NCBI GenBank assembly: GCA_964016885.1
Contig: OZ024741.1
Location: 81,282,001 to 81,346,000, forward strand
Length of the DNA: 64,000 bases
From: Eledone cirrhosa
Lineage: Eukaryota
Direction: 5' to 3'
The stretch's first letter is position 1, and each line of letters starts with the position of its first letter. Under the pieces are notes generated by a model. The model saw only the letters and a program-made list of their open reading frames with translations, was not told the origin of the DNA and made no database searches. Position numbers and translations under genes: made by a program. Below, piece after piece: positions 40,951-52,420 of this stretch.

Positions 40951-41002
<52 letters not shown>

Positions 41003-42200
41003 CATATATATATATATACACACACATGTTCACTGGCATTATATGAGGATGGTAATACCATACCAGCAACTATCAACATACAACCATAACTACAATACAT
41101 CACGTAATTGTATGAGCATTTGATGATGTCATATGAGGCCTATTAATAGTGTAAGCATTACATGATTACTAACCACCATGTCAATGAAATATATATTATG
41201 CATTGAAACAATTATGTAAACGTAACTCTGTCTTAACACTATTTCGATTTATATATATATATATATAAATGGCCACACACAAGAAATTATTGAGATTTAA
41301 AAAGTAGACATGAATTTGTGTGCACACGTGCACTCATGCATGTGTAGCTTTGCACACAATTGTACATGTAGCTATATATTAATACATGCATACACACATA
41401 CACACACACACACAACACGTAATTTTACAGGGTCTATACTCGCCAGATATTCACCTAAACTCAAAGGTCATGTTTACATCAAAAGGCCTAGTTTTTATCA
41501 AACTGGAAGCCCACACTGCAAGTACCTCTCAACAAGTGGCAACAACTTCCCTTTTTCATATTTTTGTCCCCATGTCTTTTTAAAAGTGCCTCCACCATTA
41601 TGCAATGGTGACCCCATGACTGGACCCCAAAACTAATACAATCATTTAATTGTCTTTCCTGCTAGCAAGTTACTGACCACTCAGATGAGCCAAGGTCTTA
41701 CATTTCACGTACATTCCCACAGTCTGCTAAATGCATTTTAACTTGGCATCAGCACTAGGGATGATGTTATGTCTTTCACACAGTTGAAAAGTTGGAGAGA
41801 GTGGAGAAGGAGAAGTAATATACTAGTTCCATATTTGATTGCAGAATCCACAAAATATCAAATGTGAGTAGTATGCAAATATACTCTACACACTTTGAAC
41901 ATCAGCTCAGCATGTTATGAAAGAATCCACATAGTACATGATAGTGTGATACAAATCATATGATATATATATGTATGTTTGTCTATATGGCTACATACAC
42001 ACAAGCTTCTGTATGCTCACCCTTTCATAAACACATTTATAAAATGAATGTGTGTGTGTGTGTGAGTGCAAACAAACTAACAAATTTAACAGAATTTCGA
42101 CGGCCCTGAAGAAATTCATGTTTGATGGCTTTGTGTGCATATGCGCGTATGTATCATCATCACTGTTTAACGTCCATTTTTCCACTTTAGCATGGGTTAG

Positions 42201-42234
<34 letters not shown>

Positions 42235-42305
42235 CTATATATATATATATATATATATAATCTATAATATAATTATATATATATATATATATATATTATA
42301 TAATA

Positions 42306-42341
<36 letters not shown>

Positions 42342-42669
42342 AAGTTGGTGTGTTGATTATGTGGTGAGTTTTTTAAGGGTTTAGCCTATGTCGTTTAATC
42401 AATGTGGCTGCATGCTTTGAACCGGTAATAAGGCTCAGAATAACTGAAGCAAACTGCTAGGCAAGGCACATGAATTTCGGAAGGTTCAAGTGTTGCCTAA
42501 ATGAGATAAACCAACCTGTCATTGGCAGCTAGTTGCTTCTCTCCAATCTGAGCCTTTTGGTGTAGAGCTGTTTTTTTTTTTTTTTTTTGTATATTGAAGA
42601 GAGCAACTGGAAATAACCTTGACTCACAAAGTTGTTTAATAAAAATGTGAATGCTTAGGTGAATGAACT

Positions 42670-43930
42670 AAAATGCAACAGTTTGGTAGGAAAATATGGT
42701 TCAAAAGTGTGTATATTGCAATATGTTGGTATGTGAGAGGGTCTTAAGAAGTCATATCACGAGTAAGTGGATACTGGTTTGAAGTTATATTGCAAGTCTT
42801 GAAACATAGTATGCATAATTCATTACAGTAGGTGCGATTTGAAATATATAGGACAGAGCACTCAGTCATTGCATCAACATCTCCATAGACACAAGGAGGG
42901 TTATTGTTTTGTAATACTGAAGGTTTGTTTTAGGTTCAAGCTGAAGAGTTTGTTGGAACTAGAGATAAAGTTGGGGTGGAGTATATTAAGATTCCATTTA
43001 TCAGTAAATCACTGGACAGGTTGATTTTTGGCAATAGGAAGGTGCATAGGAACTTGTCCAAGGAGGTTACAGATGGGAGAATTTGTATTAATTATTTGTA
43101 TCAGCAATGGTGGAGAATAGATTGTTTAAATATAATTGTTTCTACTTTTGGCACAAGGCCAACAATCACCACAGTACATTACTGGTGCTTTATTTTATTG
43201 ACCCTGTAAGGATGAAAGTCAAAGTTAACCTTGGCAGGATTTGAACTCAGAACGTAAAGAGCCATAACTCTATGCTGCACAGCATGGAATCTGTTGTTTA
43301 AATATAATTCAGTCTTAACAGATGTTAATGATGAAAATTTTAAGGAAATCTGAAAACGTAAGTTTGTGAAAATTCTAATTTATTTTTGCTACTGAGAGTC
43401 AGAACAGGTGATTATGAAGGATTTAAATATTGCTAAGAACAAAGACCATGGGTGGTTGATGATGAAGGGAACTAAATATAGGGAATCTGTTTGGGTGAAC
43501 GGATTGAAGAATAATTTCAGAATCAATCAATTTCACAAGTTGGGAATCAAGTCTGATGTTGCTAAGGTGGCTTTTGAGAAGTGGAAAGAAAGTGTTGATA
43601 ACTTGGTTGAGGGTAAGATAGGGAAGTTGGATAGAGCAACAATCTACACTTAATAGGCCTGAAGTGGTGTGGTATTTAAAAGGGTTCTGTGAAAAGTACA
43701 TTATATGCTGGCACTGCATATAATGCCTTATTGGCAGTGGGTAATTTCATAGAAATTTGTAAGAGCTATTTGATGGTTTTAGCTAGGGAATTAGGAAGTG
43801 ATAACAATTATAACTTTAGTGGTTATGGATGGGACTTACAATTTGGTGTTGAGTTATATGTTGAGGCTGGTTGAAATACTTAAGCTTGAAGTGGCGGGTT
43901 TGAGTGGTTGCCAGGTGGGGGAGGAGAATA
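42670..43930 (+). mobile_element. Decayed Naiad-type Penelope-like element (N-terminal GIY-YIG, then RT N-terminal region)
   Basis: In order: KCVYC, CKS*NIVCII, CDLKYIGQSTQSLHQHLHRH, YIKIPFISKSLD, LFKYNSVL, QVIMKDLNI..KGTKYRE, FEKWK, GNFIEICKSY..LARELG; many stops and frameshifts. Confidence 0.8.
43138..43293 (-). mobile_element. SINE (family 2) inserted into the Naiad-type PLE
   Basis: 16-bp target-site duplication TTGTTTAAATATAATT at 43122-43137 and 43294-43309. Confidence 0.9.
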
Positions 43931-44209
43931 CGTATAATCCAAAAAAATTTCTTTCCAGCCTCTATATACTGCCCATGTCTCAATGCCATGCAACATTGTA
44001 CTTCACATGGAGGCATCATACAATCTACCCTTTAGTCATAGAGAAAATCCCTTTGTTGTCAACAGAGGTACTATAGATCATTAAATTTTTTTCCAGTCTT
44101 TCTTATTCTAGCTAACATGCAGGTGATATTTGAGACAATGCAAGGATTGCGTAAAAAGAGAAGGGGGAAATCAACAATAGAGAAAACAACAGATACAATA
44201 ATTGCATTA

Positions 44210-44830
44210 ATAATAATTTAGGTGCTTGGCCAATTTTTTTTTTTGGGGGGGGGGGGGGTAAATTGCATCAACCCAGTTCTTGACTGGCACTTCATTGTAT
44301 CAATCTCGGAAAGATGAAAGACACAGTTGACACCAGCAGGGATTTGAACACAAAATGTAAAGTGTTGGAACAAATACCACAAAGGCATTTCATCTGACAG
44401 TAACAATTCTGCCAATCAACTACCTTCAGTAAATATTAGTGAGGAGGGAAAAGTATTCATATCGACCCCCAGTACTTTTCAGGTACTTCATTGTATTGAT
44501 TCTAGAAGGATGAAATGCAAAGTTAACCTTGGCGGGATATGAATTCAGAATATAAAGGGCCACATAACATTTTGTCTGATGCTCTAATGAATCTACCAAA
44601 TCCGCCACCCACATTAGTGGTTATGATAATGATAATATGGTTTCTAATTTAGTTTCAAAGCCAATACTTTTGGGAGGGAGATAAGTCGATAACATGAACC
44701 CAGTACAAGACTGGTACTTTATTTTATCAACCCTGAAAGGATAAAAGGCAAAATTGACTTCAGCGAAATTCAAAATTTGAACTTAAAGGACCGGAAAATT
44801 GACTTTAGTATGATTTGAACTCAGAATATA
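44210..44830 (-). mobile_element. Three consecutive decayed family-2 SINEs
   Basis: Repeated GGATGAAA..AGTTAACCT..GGATTTGAAC core. Confidence 0.8.
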
Positions 44831-46333
44831 AAAGACCAACACTAAGTATTGCAAAGTCTGTCATTCATGAAATAAATAAAATTCTTGCCAAAAAATATAT
44901 TTTAAAAAAACAGCCATTAACACTAAAAAAAAAATCAACAAAAAAGACATTCCAACAATATATTATTATGAGAATTTCACATGGAAAAACAATAATTAAA
45001 CCATTAAACAAACAAAAGATATGCAATAAAAGACAAAAGAGCATTTGTATTTAATTTCAGAAACATAATCCGAAAGAGTCAAGTGCCACAACCATTTATG
45101 CTATTCTTCATCTACTTCTTCGATATTCTAAATCAATAAAGTTACATAATAAACATTCTCATTGTTTGTAGGAATGGAGGAATCACTTCTGGAGGGGAGC
45201 AGGAGTATTTTTCAGTAGTTTTTGTTGTTTTAAACATATTGGGTTTCAGAAAGTAGTAAGGGTTTGAAAAGAGTGAGGTGGCAAGTTAGGTGTGGTGTTT
45301 GGTGTATTAGTGTGCTATTCTGTGTAGCAGTGTGGTGTGATGATGTCTACTTTAGTGTTCAATGTAGTAGTGTGCTGCTATGCTGTTTGCTGTGCTGTAT
45401 ATGTGAAGGTGTGTGTATTTCTGAATATAAATTTATAACATCATTATTAAATACGTGTTCTTTTTACCATACCTGCATGCATGCATGTACGTATGCATGA
45501 ATGTGTGTGTGTGTATGTGTGTATGCATACACACACACACATAAATAATAGAAAAGAATTAAGTAGAATAAAATTTAATGGAATAGGGTGAGGAGAAATA
45601 GATTATCTTAATTCTTACACAGGCCAGCATCAAAAACTATATCTGATTACAAACTGATCCTTTAAAATACAAAATCTTTATTAAAGAACACTCACTAAAT
45701 GACTTAACAAGATTACTGAGAAAGCACACTTAAGCTACACACACAGGACAGCCCCAGCGAATGGATAAAACACACTTTACAGCATTTGCCCATAACAAAC
45801 ACTCATCACTTACAGATACTACTAAGAACACATAAATATAATCCATAACCATTCACACTGATAAGCAACTAAATACCATCAATACTAACCTCATATGGTG
45901 AAACAATATCAAGCATACTATATCCACCAATTCTCTGTTTGACATGTCTCCAATATTATTTTATTTTTATATTTATCTTTTGTTTGTTAGCTGATGAAGG
46001 CTTGGCTGTCTGGCATGCATTACATAACTGGTCAACAGACAGATTCAGAAATGCACATTACTATAGTATATTGAATTTATTAAAATATGAAAAAAAGCAT
46101 CCTGTCTTCCTTTATATATATTCATTTAAGTTTAGTGGTTCTCTAATGGATAGAACTGGTCATTCAGTATAGTTAATCATGATGTAATAGTAGGAAAAGC
46201 ACTCAACATTACGCAACTCGTCCATCGATGTTGAATCCTGTGGCTGGTGTGGGAACAGTGTTAAATATTGGTTTGATAAAAATAACAGGAGAGCAAATTG
46301 GTGAAGCTCCCTTAAAATGTTATTGTTGCAAAA

Positions 46334-46391
46334 ACACTATATATACTTCAGTGGTCTGGTTACGTAAGATCCTGATGACATCATCAGGTGT
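46334..46391 (-). ncRNA. Degenerate type I hammerhead motif
   Basis: ACAC CTGATGA ...T GAAG TATATA TA GTGT: stem I ACAC/GTGT, palindromic stem III, A15.1 changed to G. Confidence 0.55.
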
Positions 46392-46727
46392 GTATTGTAT
46401 AATTAGTTAATCAATAAAGGAATTACGGCAAACATTAACAGAGAAAATATAAACAGAAAATATTTGATGCTGAGATAGCCTGCAAAGTAGGTATCATTGT
46501 CGCTGCAGAGCATCTCCGAATATATAGACAGACGCATATAACATATATATATATATATATATAGGATAACAAGATATCATTGTAGGTAATCCGATTACAG
46601 GTTGTGAATACTTCTTATAATGGATAGTTTCAGTGTATGGCGTTGTATGACTCAACAAGAGGTTTACGTGGATGACGAGTTTATGATTTCACTTGTATTC
46701 CTATGTAAGTTTATCTTGGAGTAATAA

Positions 46728-46999
46728 AATTGAAAAAGTGAAGAATAACATGGTCAACAGTACAAACAAGGAAATTTATTTACAGTCTAACAATTGTTTC
46801 AATGATAGAGTTGTCTAAAAATTGCTAAATACTGAAAGCAGTGCCACTCAATTTAAAATACATATTAACCCCATCATATCCTCAGAGACTGAGGATATGA
46901 TGAGACTTTTAGACAACTCTATCATTGAAACAATTGTTAGACTGTAAATAAATTTCCTTGTTTGTACTGTTGACCATGTTATTCTTCACTTTTCCAATT
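46728..46999. repeat. Fold-back element: 93-bp inverted arms plus an inner 14-bp hairpin
   Basis: 46728-46820 vs 46907-46999 (1 mismatch); CATCATATCCTCAG-AGA-CTGAGGATATGATG at 46872-46902. Confidence 0.97.
46783..46891 (-). ncRNA. Type I hammerhead ribozyme motif with long stem II
   Basis: CAGTCT CTGAGGA T ATGATGGGGTT..AACTCTATCAT T GAAA CAATTG TT AGACTG: 6-bp stem I, 11-bp stem II with two G-U pairs, palindromic stem III, GUU site. Confidence 0.8.
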
Positions 47000-47173
47000 A
47001 TGTATATATATATATATATAAATAAATATACACGGGTGTGTATGATTGTGTATAGAAGATTATATTAATAAAAGGAATTCCAACTTTGTCTGATTTACTC
47101 GTTTTATTTACAATCCTTTAACATTTATAATGGTATTAGAATGAAATAGTATGGTAGAATATTAAATGTTAAT

Positions 47174-47212
47174 TGAACAAGTACTTTCATGCTTTCGCAA
47201 TCTTCAGGTTCA
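47174..47212 (-). ncRNA. Minimal type I hammerhead ribozyme motif (minus-strand copy)
   Basis: Exact reverse complement of 47247-47285. Confidence 0.85.
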
Positions 47213-47246
47213 TATTGTGGTGACAGTCAAGTTTGCAATTTGAATA

Positions 47247-47285
47247 TGAACCTGAAGATTGCGAAAGCATGAAAGTACTTGTTCA
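47247..47285 (+). ncRNA. Minimal type I hammerhead ribozyme motif
   Basis: TGAAC CTGAAGA T TGC-GAAA-GCA T GAAA GTAC TT GTTCA: 5-bp stem I, GNRA-capped stem II, palindromic stem III, CUU site. Confidence 0.85.
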
Positions 47286-47999
47286 ATTAACACTTAACAT
47301 TTAATATTCTACCATACTATTTCATTCTAATACCATTATAAATTTTAAAGGATTGTAAATAAAACGAGTAAATCAGACAAAGTTGGAATTCCTTTTATTA
47401 ATATATATATATATATACACAAATACATACATACTCATTTTACGTCCACTTTCTTATACATACATATATATACTTACAGAGAAGTAATAAAATCTCAAGT
47501 GTTGAGAGAAAAAGTAAAAATATCTCTAAGTACAGTCAGCTATAAAATAGCAGTCACTGTCAACTTTTTATTCCATCTCTAAAGGTCTTTACCCATTTCA
47601 TAAGCTATTTTATAGCAACTGAGAATACCTTTTCTATTAACTTTATTCTCTCAGTGCTTAAAAGCTTGAAAGTTTGAGCTTTACATACAATGTTTATAAA
47701 AAGATATATTTGAAACTACACAAAGCTTTTTAAAAAAATCATGTTTATAATGTTTACAATTCACTATGATATATAAGATCTTGTGGCTAATAAAGACATC
47801 ATTATCACTATTAATATCATTGTCAATCTTATTATTATTAACCTTTTTAATACCAAAGTACTTGAAACAGTCCCTGTTTTTACAGAACTGCTTATTTTAA
47901 AGTTTTCACATTTATATAAAAATCTTCCATCATAATTTTACATAAGAACTATAGTTAAATTATGCTCCAAACACCAGCTTAACAATTTATAATTTAGGT

Positions 48000-48715
48000 A
48001 CATGACCAGAAATTTGTGTGGAGGATAAATTTGATTATATCAATCCTGTACTTAATTAGTACTTTATTTTATCGACCTCAGAAGGATGAAAAGCAAAGTT
48101 AACCTCAGTTGGATTTGAACTCAAAATGTTAAAAAAAAAACTGGAACAAATACTGTGAAGCATTTGTCTGACTTTAACTAACAACTCTGTCAATACAGTC
48201 CCCAAAATACCAGCTTAATAATGAGAAAAGTATATTACCGAATCACTCTAAATTCTTGATCATTTGATAAGCTTAAGCAGCATGAGATATGGTAATGAAA
48301 GGTTAGAGCATCAGAAAAAATGCTCTCCAGTATTATCTGGCTCTTTATGTCCCAAGAATAAATCCCACTAAAGTCAACTTTGCCTTCTTCCAAGGTTGAT
48401 AAAATAAAGTACCAGTCAAGTCCTGAGATTCGATATAATCGATTTTTTTCCTTCCATTCAAATTTTTGGCCTTTGTGTCTATATAAGAATTTAAGACCAG
48501 TGAATTGGCAGAATTGTTGAAGTGCTGAACATGGTGCTTTGTGATATTGGTTCTTGCTGTTTACACTTTTAGTTCAAATCTCACTAAGATCAACGTTGCC
48601 TTCCATACTTCCAGGGTTGAGAAAATAACAGGACCAATCAAGTATTAGGGTCAATTAATCAACTATTCTCTTTCCCACAAATTGTTGGTGTTGTGCTTAA
48701 ATTAGAAACCATTAT
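48000..48715. mobile_element. Cluster of decayed family-2 SINEs (one minus, two plus)
   Basis: Same core motifs as 49565-49751 and 50232-50422. Confidence 0.75.
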
Positions 48716-49564
48716 TATTATTATTATCTTTATAATTTATATTATTCTTGTTGATGATGATGGTTGTAACTATGTCAATGATGGCAACAAGGAAGACAAT
48801 GATGATGGTATAGATGATGATGGTATAGAGGATGATGGTGGTACAGATGATGATGATGGTGGTACAGACGATGATGATGGTGTAAAAATTTATAATCAAT
48901 AAAATATATATATTTATATATATATATATTTATATATATATATATATATTGATGATTGAAAAAGATTTAAGTCACCTCAGGTTATGATGAAAAATTAGAG
49001 AGAAAGCCAAATAAATATAAATAAATGAATAACTAAAAATTAATAAATGGAATGAAGAAAGTGAAGATGATGAAATGAGGAAACTGTAATAGGAAGCCAT
49101 TCCTCTTGAATAGCATCAGTTTACGGCATTTTATCTTAGAGGAGTATGATGAACAGTAGCAAGATAACAATAACAGTGGTGGTTATGATCAGAGAGAAAT
49201 ACGAAGAAGAATACATATGCACACGTGTGTGTTTATGCATAACATACATAAAAAAAAGACACTCACACATACATATACATATATGTTGGTGATCTACACA
49301 ATAAAGAGACCTAGTACACACTGCACTGCAAAATGGTTGATGTTAGGAAGGGTGTCCAGTCGTAGAAGCTTACCAAACGAGGGTTTAGGAGGATCCTTCA
49401 GTTTGTGTCAAAAGACGCGATAACTTCACTGCACTTGATAATGATATCTGTGGCCCTGCGTCAGTACTGACTTAGTCTATGTAAACCCGTCCAACCCTTG
49501 CTAGCAGGGACAGCGGACGTTAATTGATGATGATGATATATATATATATATTTATTAAAATAAC

Positions 49565-49751
49565 TGTTTCTACTTTTGGCACAAGGCCAGCAATTACCCA
49601 GTACATTACTGGTACTTTATTTTATCGACCCCGTAAGGATGAAAGGCAAAGGTAACCTCGGCGAGATTTGAACTCAGATCATAAAGGGATGCAACTCTAT
49701 GCTTCAAAGCATGGCGCCCGACCCTCTACTGATACTGCCAATCCACCGCCC
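49565..49751 (-). mobile_element. Family-2 tRNA-related SINE, well preserved
   Basis: Minus strand GGCGGTGGATTGGCAGTATCAGTAGA..GAGTTCAAATC..; TATTAAAATAA on both flanks. Confidence 0.88.
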
Positions 49752-49864
49752 TTTATTATTAAAATAAAATATTTATTAAAATAACATTAAAAATTAAGCA
49801 AAGAATCGCCGCTTTCACCCTCTGAAACTCAAGATTTTAGTCTTCACATTTATTATTATTACTT

Positions 49865-49898
<34 letters not shown>

Positions 49899-49904
49899 CA
49901 CAAT

Positions 49905-50195
49905 CCCCCCCCCCCCCCCACCGCAAGGTGGTCGTGGAGGTGCCACGGCAAAAAAGCACCCAGCCCACACTGTAAAGTGGACGTGTAGGCGCCACGAAAA
50001 AGCACCCAGCACTCACTGTAAATGAGGTTGGTGTTAGGAAGGGCATCCAGCTGTAGAAATCAAGCCAGATCAGTTCCTGTATGAGCAAGGCATGGTCAGC
50101 CGACCAGACACTGCCCACAACAGGACAACCCGTCTAACCCATGCTAGCGTGGAAGAACGGACGTAAAACGGTGATGATGATGATGATGATGATGA
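49905..50195 (+). mobile_element. 3' UTR of the second RTE subfamily
   Basis: Nearly identical to the reverse complement of 19504-19740; GAT tail. Confidence 0.9.
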
Positions 50196-50231
50196 CACAC
50201 ACACACACACCAGTGGACTCAGGGATATCCA

Positions 50232-50422
50232 TTGTGGATTGGCAGTATCGGTAGAGAGTCGGACACCATGCTTTGAAGCATAGAGTTACGTCCCTTTATG
50301 ATCTGAGTTCAAATCCCGCCGAGGTTAACTTTGCCTTTCATCCTTACGGGGTCGATAAAATAAAGTACCAGTAATGTACTTGGTAATTGCTGGCCTTGTG
50401 CCTAAAATAGAAACAATTATTA
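50232..50422 (+). mobile_element. Family-2 SINE
   Basis: Inverted near-copy of 49565-49751. Confidence 0.88.
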
Positions 50423-50959
50423 CACATAGGCACACATACACACTCATGCTAGTGGCTGGCTTTAATCCTGCAAAAGTTTAAATTTCAAAGAAAAATACAA
50501 ACATGTTACAGCTGTAGTTATGGGGGTAATTAGATATAGATGTCAGAACACCTGATATACCTACAATTAATGTGTACCTGAATAATCGATGGATCTCTTT
50601 TTTGTTGAAACACTAAGTTATGAGACCTAAACACAAGCAGCTACAAATATAGACAGACACACATCTATGTGTATGTGATATGATTGTGCACATGCGGATA
50701 TGCATGCATGTATGTATAGCTGCTTATATATATGCATGCATGTACGTATGGCTGCTTATATATATATGCATGCATGTATATAATTCAAAATTAGAAAATA
50801 TATGTATATAGCCATATAATCATTTAAGAAACACACAATATTTTGTACATATATATAAAAAGCATATAATATTTAGGAAACATTATATACTTTAAGGTGA
50901 AAAAGTTATATTCCTTACATACATATATTTAATAATATACATATATTTTGAATTATTTG

Positions 50960-52420
50960 ATGGGTTAGATGAGTTGTCCCATTGTGAGATAAACCAGGTC
51001 TGATGGCCATATCTTGCTCATACAGAACTGTTTCTGGCTTGGTTTCTACGGCTGGATACCCTTCCTATCACGAACCACATTTACAGTGTGTGTGGGTGCT
51101 TTTTGTCATGACACCTACACAACCACTTTACAGTGTGGCTGGATGCGTTTTATCATGTCGCCTACACAACCACTTTACAGTGTGTGTGTGCTTTTTGTCA
51201 TGTCGTCTACACGACCACATTACAGTGTGGGCTCGGGATTTAGGTAGGGGATTGGTAAAGCAGATCTGAGGACGTGCATGAGAGGGGGAGTATTTGGGCA
51301 TGGGTGGAGTGTTAGGATGTGGGAGGTGTAAGAGGAGGAGGTACGTAGACAAGTGTTAGGACATGGAGGTATATGGAGCGGGGGGTAGTGCATACAAGAT
51401 ATATGCTTCAACTTGTGGACATGGGAAGGCAGGTCTTCTGTATTACTGCATAACACCAGAGATCTCGATCCTGTGTCATCACCTCATCCCAAGTCTTCCT
51501 AGATCTACCTACACCATAGGTCCTATCAACTTTTATACAGCTGTCATCATTCATATGCATCACATGTCCAAACCAACGCATTCTCCTCTCCTGCACACTG
51601 GATCTGATCCCGCTTATGCTCAGTTTCTCTTTCACTTCATTTATGCTTTCCCATTCAAGTATATTTCTATTACACATCCATCGAAGCATGGAAGCTTCAT
51701 TTTTTTCCAGTCTTCAAAGGTCTCACTACCATGCAACATTGCAGTTCATATACATGCATCATACAATCTCCCCTTTATTTTGAGGGGAAAACCTCTTGTG
51801 GTTAGCAGCAGTAGTAGTTCCCTGACTTTCTCCATCCCATTCTCACTCTGGCTACAGTACCTCCAGAACACCCACCTCCACTGCTAATTTGGTCACCGAA
51901 GTAATGGAAACTCTGAACTACTTTTACCGAGCCTTCTGGGCATTTAAAGGAGCTGTTGCTACTTACTGCATCTGTACAATAACAACATACAAAACCTTGT
52001 GTACCCATAGTTTGCATATCTTGTGTACCCATAGTTTGCATTTGGAGCCTAGGATGAAATTTCTACCTACTCTTTCCTGCACACTGTGCCAGGCCATTTC
52101 CCTGAGGGAATCTGGGCCATGTTATCCTTTCTACATACTAGGACTTTGATCTTTGCCAAGTTGACTTTAAGACCTTACTTCCAAGTTTGGAATTTCTTCT
52201 CTAGATCTAGCATAGATTCAGTTATAAGGGTTAGAGTATCTGCATACAGAAGGATGATAATAAAGAGGAGAGGGCTAAGAATGGAGCCTTGATGTACTCC
52301 TACCAGCATGCTAAATTCTTCACTATAGTCTTTAATCTAACCTTGTTGACTGTTTCTCTAAACATGGCTTGTACTGCCCCCACAAGCCTCTCATCTACTC
52401 CTAGTTGTCTAAGAACTCTG
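50960..52420 (-). mobile_element. Decayed RTE copy (RT plus 3' UTR)
   Basis: [43 protein letters not shown]. Confidence 0.92.

Larger units (their letters stand above)
47061..47405. repeat. Fold-back element: ~156-bp inverted arms, 26-nt spacer
   Basis: 47061-47216 vs 47243-47405; 1 mismatch and one 7-nt indel. Confidence 0.98.

Noticed and set aside
40915-40952. Minus-strand ATGATAA-A-ACC-TTAT-GGT-GAAAC hammerhead-like remnant
   Set aside because: Core deviates and there is no stem I; could be chance in AT-rich DNA
42795-43400. In-frame TGA codons in the Naiad-type element as selenocysteine
   Set aside because: The copy has many other lesions, the TGAs do not clearly fall on conserved Cys positions, and no SECIS was recognised
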